This document shows, piece after piece, positions 19,037 to 27,856 of a stretch of 64,000 nt of DNA. The notes below the pieces were generated by a model. The model did no database searches. It worked only from the letters and a program-made list of their open reading frames with translations, and had not been told where the DNA came from. Positions within the stretch are counted from its first letter, which is position 1. Each line of letters begins with the position of its first letter. Both the position numbers and the translations under genes were made by a program. Source of the stretch: Bacteroidales bacterium (GTDB lineage Bacteria > Bacteroidota > Bacteroidia > Bacteroidales > Marinilabiliaceae); NCBI GenBank assembly GCA_045118595.1, contig JBGUYH010000044.1:36834-100833 (forward strand), read 5' to 3'.

Positions 19037-19798
19037 ATGAAAACTATGAAATTAGCACTACTATCAATTGCTATTATGCTAAGCAGTAGCACTTTAGCAC
19101 AAGGTTACCATCGTCTTCAACTCAATTTTGCTCCACAAACAATGGAAGTAAAAGATGCCAAAATGCCAAACGATTATGATTGGGGACGTGGTTGGGACGG
19201 AGCTAAGTTCAATACCATAGGTTTCGGTATAGGCTTTGTCAAAGGTATTGAGCTTTCCAAAACAACCCCACTCTTTCTTGAAACAGGTGCTAATCTGACA
19301 TACCTCACAAAGGAATCAAAAGAAGACATAAACTTCGATTATTTGATTAGCAGCTCTATCGATTTTATGCCTAATAATGATAAGATTGAATGTACTTCAA
19401 AATACAAATTCTTAAATCTCGCTATTCCCATCAACTTAGCTTATCGCATCAATGTTGCCGATGCTTTTTCTGTTCAGCCATATGCGGGTCTGAATCTCAA
19501 ATTTAATATTGTAGGTATAGAAAAAGTTGATTGGGGTTCTTCTGTGTCTTACGATATAGGCTTTTTCACAAAGGAAAAACACGGAGATGTGGAAAATGAT
19601 TATTTCTTTGAAGAAAAAGCAAATCGGTTTCAGCTTGGTTTGAATATTGGCTGTGGATTCAATATTGCTAAAAAGCTTTATGTAAGCTATGCTTTTCAAC
19701 CCGACTTGACTAAATATTCAGAATGTTACAATTGGAATGGAGATAAAACCAAAGTAAAAACACGTAGCAATATCATTTCTATTGGATTTAACTTCTAA
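19037..19798 (+). CDS. outer-membrane beta-barrel protein, paralog of 28100-28873
   Basis: 253 aa. Signal peptide ..SSSTLAQG, beta-strand pattern and C-terminal strand IISIGFNF. It aligns by eye along its full length with the 28100 product. Confidence 0.6.
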   Translation: MKTMKLALLSIAIMLSSSTLAQGYHRLQLNFAPQTMEVKDAKMPNDYDWGRGWDGAKFNTIGFGIGFVKGIELSKTTPLFLETGANLTYLTKESKEDINFDYLISSSIDFMPNNDKIECTSKYKFLNLAIPINLAYRINVADAFSVQPYAGLNLKFNIVGIEKVDWGSSVSYDIGFFTKEKHGDVENDYFFEEKANRFQLGLNIGCGFNIAKKLYVSYAFQPDLTKYSECYNWNGDKTKVKTRSNIISIGFNF

Positions 19799-19830
19799 TT
19801 GAAATCAAACACGATAAATACTTAATAATA

Positions 19831-19866
19831 AAAGCCTTCTGAACATATATTCAGAAGGCTTTTTTA
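19831..19866. terminator. bidirectional rho-independent terminator
   Basis: Perfect 13 bp stem AAAGCCTTCTGAA / TTCAGAAGGCTTT with a T-run. Lies between convergent genes. Confidence 0.75.
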
Positions 19867-19884
19867 TAATCTAATACACTATAA

Positions 19885-20580
19885 TCAATAGATTCGTGCC
19901 AAATATTGATAATGATCGTCTTCCAACACTTTTTCGCAGTGCAATCCGTTCTCTGTGGCTGCTGCTTGCAATGTGTCAAAGTCAATGAAAAGCCACTTAA
20001 ATGGCTGACCCTTTTCTTTATTGTAGCTCATTGTATACTCCAACTCACCATAATAAGCTCCGTTCAGATCTATCAACACACTACCATCTTCGTCTTCAAA
20101 CAAGTACATTATATCCGACGAGTCCATAAGCAACTGTCCTCCTGGTGCAAGTATCTGCTTTATTTTAGCAAAGAATTCGGGCAGTCTGTTAATTGTACCA
20201 ACTATACCTGCGCCATTCATAAGCATCAGCAGCGTGTCGTATTGCCTACCTTCAAGATTGAAAAAATCGCACCGACTCACACATCTAATGCCTCTCTTTT
20301 CCATTACTGCCACAGCACCTTCCGATATGTCGATGGCGTGCGCTTCGATGCCATTCTGCTGCAACCACAGCACATGACTACCCGACCCTGCACCAACATC
20401 GAGAGTGCGTCCCTTGCACATCTGAAGAGCTGTGCGCTCAATGTTGCTCATGGCGTTCCAATCGTGAAAAAACTCACTAACAGGCCAGTACTCTGTTTCG
20501 GCTATGTCGCTATCAACACGTAGTTTTACCCTCTTATTACCTTCGAGGTAGGCCATTAAGGCTTTGCCGTATGGATCCAA
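19885..20580 (-). CDS. class I SAM-dependent methyltransferase
   Basis: 231 aa. Motif I LDVGAGSGSHVLWL, then the acidic loop AIDIS. Confidence 0.7.
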   Translation of the reverse strand: MDPYGKALMAYLEGNKRVKLRVDSDIAETEYWPVSEFFHDWNAMSNIERTALQMCKGRTLDVGAGSGSHVLWLQQNGIEAHAIDISEGAVAVMEKRGIRCVSRCDFFNLEGRQYDTLLMLMNGAGIVGTINRLPEFFAKIKQILAPGGQLLMDSSDIMYLFEDEDGSVLIDLNGAYYGELEYTMSYNKEKGQPFKWLFIDFDTLQAAATENGLHCEKVLEDDHYQYLARIY

Positions 20581-20658
20581 AATAGTTACAAATTATGAAC
20601 AGCGAACGACGATTTTTTTTCATCACTCGCCATTCGCTGTTTGTTATCAATTTTTACA

Positions 20659-21546
20659 TTAGAAGTATTTGATTGCCTCTGTTTTACCTTCAGTTACTTT
20701 AAGTATCTGACTAAGCAATGCATTGGCCAATCCGCTTGCTCCAATACGGAACATTTCCGGACCACTCCATCCGCCACCCAAAACAGTGCGAACTATGTTG
20801 AAATAGAATGCTGCATCTTCAACAGTACGCACACCACCAGCTGGTTTGAAACCTACCTTTCGGCCGTTCTTAGCTGCAAATGCTTTTATAGCTTGGCACA
20901 TCACAAAAGCTGCTTCTGGAGTTGCACCTACACCATTCTTACCTGTCGATGTCTTAATCATATCGGCACCACTCTCCATTGCAATAATGCTGGCTGCCCA
21001 AATGTTTTCAGGCGTTTCAAGTGTTCCTGTTTCAAGAATGACCTTGAGACGAGCTGTGCCACACGCTGCTTTTATCTGTGCCAACTCCTCACCAACAAAC
21101 TCATAGTTACCCTCAAGCATCTCACCTACCGAGATAACCACATCTATTTCGTTTGCGCCAAACTCAACAGCTTTCTTTACTTCGGCACACTTAATGTCGG
21201 CAAATGTTTGCGACGAAGGAAAACATGCTGCTACCACTGCACGATAAACACCATTAACTTTAAGTGTTGACTTTACCACTGGAGCAAAAACAGGATAAAC
21301 ACAAATGCCACCTACATTTTTGAGTTGTGGATAATCCGTTGCAAATGTGTTAACTTTTTCTACAAATGATTTGACACTTTCTGCTGAATCTGAAGTAGAT
21401 AATGTAGTAAGATCGATGCTATTAAACATAGCTTGAAGAGCATCGCTATCGTTGTAAAATTTTTCAGAGTCTTTCTTTATCAACTCTAACGCCTGAGCCA
21501 TATTTTTTATCTCGGCTGGCATTGGGTACTGTGATAGTAAATCCAT
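20659..21546 (-). CDS. deoC: deoxyribose-phosphate aldolase (long form)
   Basis: 295 aa. Motifs IDLTTL, CVYP, EIDVVI and KVILETG, plus the Schiff-base lysine context MIKTSTGK. Confidence 0.8.
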   Translation of the reverse strand: MDLLSQYPMPAEIKNMAQALELIKKDSEKFYNDSDALQAMFNSIDLTTLSTSDSAESVKSFVEKVNTFATDYPQLKNVGGICVYPVFAPVVKSTLKVNGVYRAVVAACFPSSQTFADIKCAEVKKAVEFGANEIDVVISVGEMLEGNYEFVGEELAQIKAACGTARLKVILETGTLETPENIWAASIIAMESGADMIKTSTGKNGVGATPEAAFVMCQAIKAFAAKNGRKVGFKPAGGVRTVEDAAFYFNIVRTVLGGGWSGPEMFRIGASGLANALLSQILKVTEGKTEAIKYF

Positions 21547-21568
21547 ATCTGTATGTTTTTTGATTATT

Positions 21569-21907
21569 TTATTCGCTTGTTAGTTTCGGATTGTTTTTAT
21601 GTCTATTGCAATCGCGCTGTGTTTTCTTCTCTATGTTTTTGCGCAACGCTTCGGTTAGGTCAACTCCTGTTTGGTTAGCTATACATAGCAACACCCACAT
21701 TACATCGGCCATTTCGTCGGCAAGATTGAGATTTTCACCTGGTTTTGGACTCTGCTCTCCATAAGTGCGCGATATGATGCGAGCCAACTCACCCACCTCC
21801 TCTGTCAGAACAGCCATGTTTGTCAGTTCCGAAAAATAGCGCACACCATAAGTTTTGATCCAATCATCGACCATTTGTTGTGCACATCGCAATGTTATAT
21901 CATTCAT
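21569..21907 (-). CDS. MazG-like nucleotide pyrophosphohydrolase
   Basis: 112 aa all-alpha protein with the motifs EEVGELA....E and LADEMADVMW. Confidence 0.7.
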   Translation of the reverse strand: MNDITLRCAQQMVDDWIKTYGVRYFSELTNMAVLTEEVGELARIISRTYGEQSPKPGENLNLADEMADVMWVLLCIANQTGVDLTEALRKNIEKKTQRDCNRHKNNPKLTSE

Positions 21908-21911
21908 GATG

Positions 21912-22367
21912 TTACAAATCTTTATTTAAAGTATCGATAATGATGGTTGTTGGACCATTATTCACAAGCGACACTTGCATATCTGCACCAAAAATACCAG
22001 TTTGCACCTTTCGCCCTAACAATTCACTCAGTCGGTTTACGAATTGGAGATAGACAGGTTCGGCAACATCGCCTTTGGCCGAGTCGATATACGACGGACG
22101 ATTACCCTTTTTTGTCTTGGCATATAACGTGAATTGACTCACCACCAATATGTCGCCACCTTCATCAATCACCGAACGGTTCATAACTCCATCAGCATCT
22201 TCGAAAATGCGCAAGTTGACCGTTTTTTGTGCCAACCAGTCTAAATCGTCTAATTTATCGTTGGCATTGACGGCAAAAAGCACCATAAGTCCGTTGCCTA
22301 TTTCTCCCACCGTCTGACCATCTACACGCACATTAGCTTGCGTGACTTTTTGTATTACGACTCTCAT
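21912..22367 (-). CDS. dtd: D-aminoacyl-tRNA deacylase
   Basis: MRVVIQKV...V, the SQFTLYA motif and the C-terminal NNGPTTIIID. I prefer the start at MRVVIQ (22367) over the track start at 22388. Confidence 0.85.
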   Translation of the reverse strand: MRVVIQKVTQANVRVDGQTVGEIGNGLMVLFAVNANDKLDDLDWLAQKTVNLRIFEDADGVMNRSVIDEGGDILVVSQFTLYAKTKKGNRPSYIDSAKGDVAEPVYLQFVNRLSELLGRKVQTGIFGADMQVSLVNNGPTTIIIDTLNKDL

Positions 22368-22510
22368 TATAAAAAATATTGCGTGCAAAAATAGCTACTA
22401 ATGAGCAATAACTAACGACTGAACTGCATTTTTTGCGCATACTCTAAAAAACAAGGATAGAGTTGCTTTTGTTAAAAAACATTAATAGCGGAGGGGTAAA
22501 ATTTTTCATT

Positions 22511-22518
22511 TATCTTTG
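22511..22518 (+). promoter_or_regulatory. -7 promoter box TATCTTTG
   Basis: Perfect consensus 55 nt upstream of the ATG at 22573. Confidence 0.5.
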
Positions 22519-22572
22519 TTGCCAATTATATTCAAACTTAATTCTTTAACAATTTAAAAAGAATCACTAAAA

Positions 22573-23025
22573 ATGGAAAAGATCAAATCAATCAAATGGT
22601 TATTGATGGCAACTTTACTCACCATCACTTCATTCTCTATGACTGCATGTTCTGATGACGATGATGACAACGAATCAGCAGTAGGGACATGGTCACAAGA
22701 TTGGACAGAAACAGATGCAGACCCCGATTCCGATCACTCTTGCTGCTATTATATAGTTCTTAACGAAGGCGGTACTGGTTATTGGGTTACTGCACCTACT
22801 ACAAGTACATCTAAAATAGAACTTGAAGTTTCCCCATTAACATGGAGCCAGAGTGGTAACAAGGTTACAATAAAACTTGATGGAGAAGAAGGTGTATTCA
22901 CCATCAGTGGCAATACTCTATCAGAAACATTTGAAGAAGATGGTAAAACATATACAGATGAATACACTCGCACAGACTATAGCAAGGTAAAAGCATTTAT
23001 CGACGCCTTGACTGATGCAAAATAA
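22573..23025 (+). CDS. small lipoprotein, function unknown
   Basis: 150 aa. Lipobox ..FSMTAC followed by an acidic SDDDDDNES linker, then a beta-rich domain. Confidence 0.55.
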   Translation: MEKIKSIKWLLMATLLTITSFSMTACSDDDDDNESAVGTWSQDWTETDADPDSDHSCCYYIVLNEGGTGYWVTAPTTSTSKIELEVSPLTWSQSGNKVTIKLDGEEGVFTISGNTLSETFEEDGKTYTDEYTRTDYSKVKAFIDALTDAK

Positions 23026-23071
23026 GCAACTATTTTTATAGTTCTCAATAGATAAAGCAAAACAATATAGT

Positions 23072-23110
23072 GCGGCGCAATCAAGAATTTGATTGTGCCG
23101 CTTGCTTTTC
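23072..23110 (+). terminator. rho-independent terminator
   Basis: GCGGCGCAATCAA GAAT TTGATTGTGCCGC followed by TTGCTTTTC. Lies 47 nt after the stop at 23025. Confidence 0.65.
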
Positions 23111-23170
23111 TATGCCTATCAGAACAAACAAATTGCCCAATAGTGTAGATACTATCAACAAGAGCTACAA

Positions 23171-23215
23171 CGTAAATAGTCAAATCGTAAATAGTCAAAT
23201 CGTAAATAGTCAAAT
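23171..23215. repeat. perfect 3 x 15 bp tandem repeat CGTAAATAGTCAAAT
   Basis: Read directly from the sequence. It ends 6 nt before the purD -7 box, so it occupies roughly the -10 to -55 region of the purD promoter. Confidence 0.95.
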
Positions 23216-23221
23216 AATCTC

Positions 23222-23229
23222 TATCTTTG
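23222..23229 (+). promoter_or_regulatory. -7 promoter box TATCTTTG for purD
   Basis: Perfect consensus 40 nt upstream of the ATG at 23269. Confidence 0.55.
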
Positions 23230-23268
23230 TGCGAAAATTTTGCCCTTTGAAAAAAAAATCATACAACG

Positions 23269-24555
23269 ATGAATATACTCCTTATCGGTGCAGGCGGCCG
23301 TGAAAACGCCTTGGCTTGGAAAATGGCTCAAAGCCCCAAATGTTCAAAACTCTTTATTGCTCCAGGCAACGCAGGCACAGCCAACTATGGTACTAATGTA
23401 GCCCTCGATCCAAACAATCATGCTGATGTAAAAAGCTTCGTACTACGCGAAAAGATAGATATGATTGTAGTTGGACCTGAAGAGCCCCTTGTTAAAGGTC
23501 TTCATGATGCCATCTTAACCGATGAAAACACAAAGCACATACCAGTTATCGGTCCACAAAGTCAAGGTGCAGCACTCGAAGGAAGTAAAGAGTTTGCCAA
23601 AGCTTTTATGATGCGACACGGCATACCAACAGCACAATATAAAGCCTTTACCCCTAACACGGTAGCCGATGGCGAGCATTTCCTCGAAACACTTAAAGCC
23701 CCTTATGTGCTCAAAGCCGATGGATTGGCTGCAGGCAAAGGAGTTCTAATACTCAACAACCTTGATGAAGCCAAAAATGAACTACGCCAAATGTTGAGCG
23801 GCAAGTTTGGCGATGCATCGTCAACAGTAGTTATCGAAGAGTATCTGAGCGGCATCGAATTGTCAGTCTTTGTTCTCACCGACGGAAAATCGTACGTTAT
23901 CTTACCTGAAGCCAAAGACTATAAGCGCATAGGAGAGGGCGATAGCGGACTCAACACAGGTGGCATGGGTGCTGTTTCGCCAGTACCTTTTGCTGGTAGC
24001 GAGTTTATGAAAAAAGTAGAAGAACACATTGTAAAACCCACTGTTAGCGGATTACAAAAAGACAACATACCATACAAAGGATTCATCTTCATCGGACTAA
24101 TGAACTGCGATGGCGAACCTATGGTAATAGAATACAACGTTCGTATGGGTGACCCCGAAACCGAAGTTGTTATGCCACGCATCGAAAGCGACATTGTCGA
24201 CCTGTTTGAAGCCGTAGCAGCTAACCGACTTGGCGAAAAGAGCATCGAAGTGAGCAAACAAACATGCTGTACTGTGATGATGGTAGCAGGCGGATACCCT
24301 GGTAGCTACAACAAAGGTGATGTAATGACAGGTTTCGACAAAGTACAAGGTTCAATGCTTTTCCACGCTGGAACAAAAATTACCGACAAGGGCATAGTCA
24401 CCAATGGCGGACGAGTAATAGCTGTTAGCTCACTTGGCGCAAACAAAGACGAGGCATTGGCTAAGTCGTATGCCAATGTAGCACACATAGAATACAATGG
24501 TCGTTATTTCCGCCGCGATATTGGCAAAGACCTTGATAAATATTATCAGAAATAA
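23269..24555 (+). CDS. purD: phosphoribosylamine--glycine ligase
   Basis: 428 aa. MNILLIGAGGRENALAWK, an ATP-grasp core (VLKADGLAAGKGV, EEYL.G.E.S) and NVRMGDPE. Confidence 0.92.
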   Translation: MNILLIGAGGRENALAWKMAQSPKCSKLFIAPGNAGTANYGTNVALDPNNHADVKSFVLREKIDMIVVGPEEPLVKGLHDAILTDENTKHIPVIGPQSQGAALEGSKEFAKAFMMRHGIPTAQYKAFTPNTVADGEHFLETLKAPYVLKADGLAAGKGVLILNNLDEAKNELRQMLSGKFGDASSTVVIEEYLSGIELSVFVLTDGKSYVILPEAKDYKRIGEGDSGLNTGGMGAVSPVPFAGSEFMKKVEEHIVKPTVSGLQKDNIPYKGFIFIGLMNCDGEPMVIEYNVRMGDPETEVVMPRIESDIVDLFEAVAANRLGEKSIEVSKQTCCTVMMVAGGYPGSYNKGDVMTGFDKVQGSMLFHAGTKITDKGIVTNGGRVIAVSSLGANKDEALAKSYANVAHIEYNGRYFRRDIGKDLDKYYQK

Positions 24556-24589
24556 AAAAGACCACAAAATATTTTCATAAACCCGAAAA

Positions 24590-25579
24590 GTGTTCAAGTT
24601 TTTCAACCGCAATACGATAGGCGCCTATGCTGCGCTGCCCTTGCTGCTTATACTGCTACGCCTAAGGCTTGTCATATATCCACAAAAGGGCTTCACCGCT
24701 ACCGATGCCGACCTCTACACACCACTATGGAATAAGGTGTTTGGGTCGTTAGCCGAAGGAAGTGTGGCAAGCGTAGTATTATCGATATGCATCACTCTCA
24801 TTGTGGCATATATGGTCAATGCCATAAGCAATAGTTTTCACTTTGCCGAGCGTCAGAGCCTTTTAGCAGCGCTCTATTGTGTACTACTCTCGAGCGGATT
24901 CGTTATTTCGCAGGGTCTACACCCTGTGCACATCTATGCCATTTGTTTGTGTCTGACACTGATAAGTCTGTTTCATGCTTCGGGTACTTCGCGTCCTATG
25001 CCATCGGTCTACAACGCTTTCTTCTTTGCAAGTGTAGGTTGGCTTTTTTGGGGCAAAGGAGTGTGGTTTGTTCCGCTGCTTATTTCGATGCTTGTGCTTT
25101 TACGCGTATCATCGTTGCGCTGCATATTGGCAGCCCTAATGGGCTTTGCTACACCATTGGCACTATGTTCTACATGGTTGTTTATGAATGACCATTTGGC
25201 ATCAACAGTTGATGTATTTTGGAACAATAGCACATCACTTGTGTCGTTCTTCCGCATGGGCATTTACACTATATCATATTCGGTGCTTTATGCATTGCTC
25301 ATACTTGTTGCATTATTGGGTGCTATGAGTGTACTGCCCAAGCTCAGCATAACCGAAAGTCGCTACACACGCTCATTAATGTGGGTTGCACTCTACTCTT
25401 CACTGTTAGTAGCACTGCCTCAATTTTCGTTTGAATTGATGCAATTAGTTGCTATGAGCGGAGGTGTACTTATTGCAGCTATGATGCAACGCATCAGAAG
25501 TAATGCGACAGCCGAAGTTGTCACTTTTGTTATTCTTGTTGTCACAACCATAATACAATGGATTGTAAAAGGGTCGTAA
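24590..25579 (+). CDS. polytopic integral membrane protein, function unknown
   Basis: 329 aa with a GTG start in the track. About 9 hydrophobic helices and no motif I recognise. Lies 34 nt after purD and 3 nt before the next gene. Confidence 0.5.
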   Translation: MFKFFNRNTIGAYAALPLLLILLRLRLVIYPQKGFTATDADLYTPLWNKVFGSLAEGSVASVVLSICITLIVAYMVNAISNSFHFAERQSLLAALYCVLLSSGFVISQGLHPVHIYAICLCLTLISLFHASGTSRPMPSVYNAFFFASVGWLFWGKGVWFVPLLISMLVLLRVSSLRCILAALMGFATPLALCSTWLFMNDHLASTVDVFWNNSTSLVSFFRMGIYTISYSVLYALLILVALLGAMSVLPKLSITESRYTRSLMWVALYSSLLVALPQFSFELMQLVAMSGGVLIAAMMQRIRSNATAEVVTFVILVVTTIIQWIVKGS

Positions 25580-25582
25580 AAC

Positions 25583-26497
25583 ATGAATGCGCCAGTTATT
25601 GTTTTTGTATATAATCGTCTGCAACACACCCAACAGCTTTTTGCTTCATTAGCAGCAGCGCGTGGTGCGTCGGATACCGATGTTATCATCTACTCTGATG
25701 CTGCTCGCAACGCTACCGACGAAACATTGGTAGCCAATGTGCGCAAATATATTATGTCAGTGAGCGGCTTTAAGTCGGTAAGTATCATTGAGCAAAAGCA
25801 TAATATTGGTTTGGCTGCCAACATAATAAACGGTCTATCTAAAGTTTTTGAACAATACGAACAAGCCATTGTTTTAGAAGACGACTTAATTGTATCGGTA
25901 GGTTTTCTTGAATACATGAATGCAGCGCTTCGTTTCTATGCCGAACGCAATGTGTTTGCCATATCGGGCTACACACCACGTGTTAATATCCCTGCATCGT
26001 ACAAGCACTCTACATATTTTGTACATCGCAATTGCTCATGGGGCTGGGCTACATGGCGCAGCAAATGGCAAGCTACCGATTGGAATGTAACACATTTCGA
26101 TACTTTTGTGCGCAATAGTACACAACGTGCTCAATTTGACCAAGCTGGTTCTGACCTCTCAGCCATGTTGTTACGATGGCGCATAGGTGAGATTAACTCT
26201 TGGTCGATACGATTCTGCTTTGCAGCTTTTGAACATGGCGAACCCACCGTCTATCCTGTACGCTCGCTCATAAGTAATGCAGGTGCCGATGGTAGCGGTT
26301 CAAATGTTGCCGCCACATCGAAATATAACACAACTATAACAGATTTCATCAATACTACAACATTTGCCCCCAATGCTAACATTATTGATGCAAGCATAGT
26401 GCAATCGTTCAGACAAACATACAACTGCTCATTATTTAGGCGTATAATCAACGCTATAAAACGTTGGCATTATATTCTCTCTCCAGATAAAAAATAA
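25583..26497 (+). CDS. GT-A fold glycosyltransferase (GT2/GnT-I-like)
   Basis: 304 aa. The N-terminal VIVFVYNR....T......L, YSD, and a DxD-like LEDDL arrangement are typical of GT-A enzymes. The family assignment is by eye only. Confidence 0.55.
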   Translation: MNAPVIVFVYNRLQHTQQLFASLAAARGASDTDVIIYSDAARNATDETLVANVRKYIMSVSGFKSVSIIEQKHNIGLAANIINGLSKVFEQYEQAIVLEDDLIVSVGFLEYMNAALRFYAERNVFAISGYTPRVNIPASYKHSTYFVHRNCSWGWATWRSKWQATDWNVTHFDTFVRNSTQRAQFDQAGSDLSAMLLRWRIGEINSWSIRFCFAAFEHGEPTVYPVRSLISNAGADGSGSNVAATSKYNTTITDFINTTTFAPNANIIDASIVQSFRQTYNCSLFRRIINAIKRWHYILSPDKK

Positions 26498-26511
26498 AAA
26501 CACCAATACTG

Positions 26512-27159
26512 ATGGAAATATTACAAAAAATATCGGCCTTTTTCAACCAATTTAGATGGGCTATTACATTAGCACTACTTGCGTGCTGCATTATGCAACA
26601 ATGCACCATATCGACATTGCGCTCACAATTGGCTTTTGTGAAAGATAAATACGAAAACCCTATAAACAACATCAATAACGAGGCAACAGAATCGGTTTCA
26701 AATACCGACACTGACTACCCCACTACACTTGAAACAGACAATAATACCATCATAACTATTGTCTATTTCTTGATAGCTTTAGGTATCATTTTAAGCTTTG
26801 CTTGGTACAAATCGTGGTGGCCATTCAGTGTGTGGCTAAAAGGTAAAATATGGCAAGATTTAAATGGCAGAGTCGTTTATACGCTCACAGCTACTAATCG
26901 TGGTCGCGAAGCCGTAACGCTTAACAACGCTACTATCGAATTTATCAACCTAAGAGAACAACGCAAATTCAGAATGCCAGTGACCGATTTTCCGCTAACA
27001 CTCACAAAAGGTACCACACACACATTCAGCGTGTCGCTGCAAAAATTGATGGAGCAACACCAAGAATTAACTAACTACAAAATGATTCGCGTAAGTGTTG
27101 AATGCAACGGCACCATACGCCGAACATTACCTCTTGGAATCAGATGGCAGAAAGCATAA
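26512..27159 (+). CDS. hypothetical membrane protein (two TM segments plus a C-terminal beta-rich domain)
   Basis: 215 aa. TM at WAITLALLACCIM and at IVYFLIALGIILSFAW. No recognisable motif. Confidence 0.45.
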   Translation: MEILQKISAFFNQFRWAITLALLACCIMQQCTISTLRSQLAFVKDKYENPINNINNEATESVSNTDTDYPTTLETDNNTIITIVYFLIALGIILSFAWYKSWWPFSVWLKGKIWQDLNGRVVYTLTATNRGREAVTLNNATIEFINLREQRKFRMPVTDFPLTLTKGTTHTFSVSLQKLMEQHQELTNYKMIRVSVECNGTIRRTLPLGIRWQKA

Positions 27160-27752
27160 TACAAAAAGCATGGCAACACTATCGCCAACGCAAGTCGAAA
27201 TTGGGCATCGTCACCGACTTCCTGTTTTTAGTTTTTGCCATTGTGGTGCTTACCCCGCCACTACGTTTTGGTGTGGGTGTAATACTCTCGCGTCTTGCAC
27301 TAACACAGCCCAAAGCTTATGAACAAACTGAATATTTACCCAACGAAGGACTACAACTGCACACAGCTAACGGACTCGACACAATAATAATGACTAATCT
27401 GTTGCGCCCAGCAGTCTACAATTTTGGCAGTACATGGAGCGCTCAAAGTTGTGCCGAACTGCGTTCGCTTAATAAGTTTGCACAGCGATATGCCAACCGC
27501 ATCGATGTCTTTTTCATCACCGATGAAGAACCATCCGACGTTGAACGTTATTTCAACAAAAAAGGCTACACCATTCGTCCGTTATTCTATAACAAAGAAA
27601 CCATAGAAAACAGCCCCGAAATGATGCACGACATACTGATAGCTGTACCTGCTACCTTCATGGTAAATGCCAATGGTCGTATTGTTGTAAAATCGGTTGG
27701 CGCAGCACAATGGACCGGAAACCGCATTGAAAGCATTGCTGAAAAGCTATAA
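27144..27752 (+). CDS. membrane-anchored thioredoxin-fold (TlpA/redoxin-like) protein with a degenerate active site
   Basis: The start at MAESIIQKAW overlaps the preceding stop by 16 nt. N-terminal TM. Redoxin-like layout: NFGSTWSAQSCAELRSLNKFAQRY replaces the usual W-C-x-x-C, then IDVFFIT and the ..VPATFMVNANGRIV cis-Pro region. Confidence 0.5.
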   Translation: MAESIIQKAWQHYRQRKSKLGIVTDFLFLVFAIVVLTPPLRFGVGVILSRLALTQPKAYEQTEYLPNEGLQLHTANGLDTIIMTNLLRPAVYNFGSTWSAQSCAELRSLNKFAQRYANRIDVFFITDEEPSDVERYFNKKGYTIRPLFYNKETIENSPEMMHDILIAVPATFMVNANGRIVVKSVGAAQWTGNRIESIAEKL

Positions 27753-27842
27753 TTGTATTTCGCTATTATCTACCTATTTCTTGGTATCAAGAATGACTCA
27801 AAATAACCATTTTTAGGTATTGTCTGCACTATTTGCGGTGTG

Positions 27843-27850
27843 TATCTTTG
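27843..27850 (+). promoter_or_regulatory. -7 promoter box TATCTTTG with no ORF behind it
   Basis: Perfect consensus in a 347 bp intergenic gap. The next gene (28100) has its own box at 28054. Confidence 0.45.
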
Positions 27851-27856
27851 CAATGT

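Noticed and set aside
22977-23213. 78 aa ORF beginning MTIYDLTIYDLTIY
   Set aside because: It is an artefact of translating the 15 bp tandem repeat. It overlaps the terminator of the lipoprotein gene.
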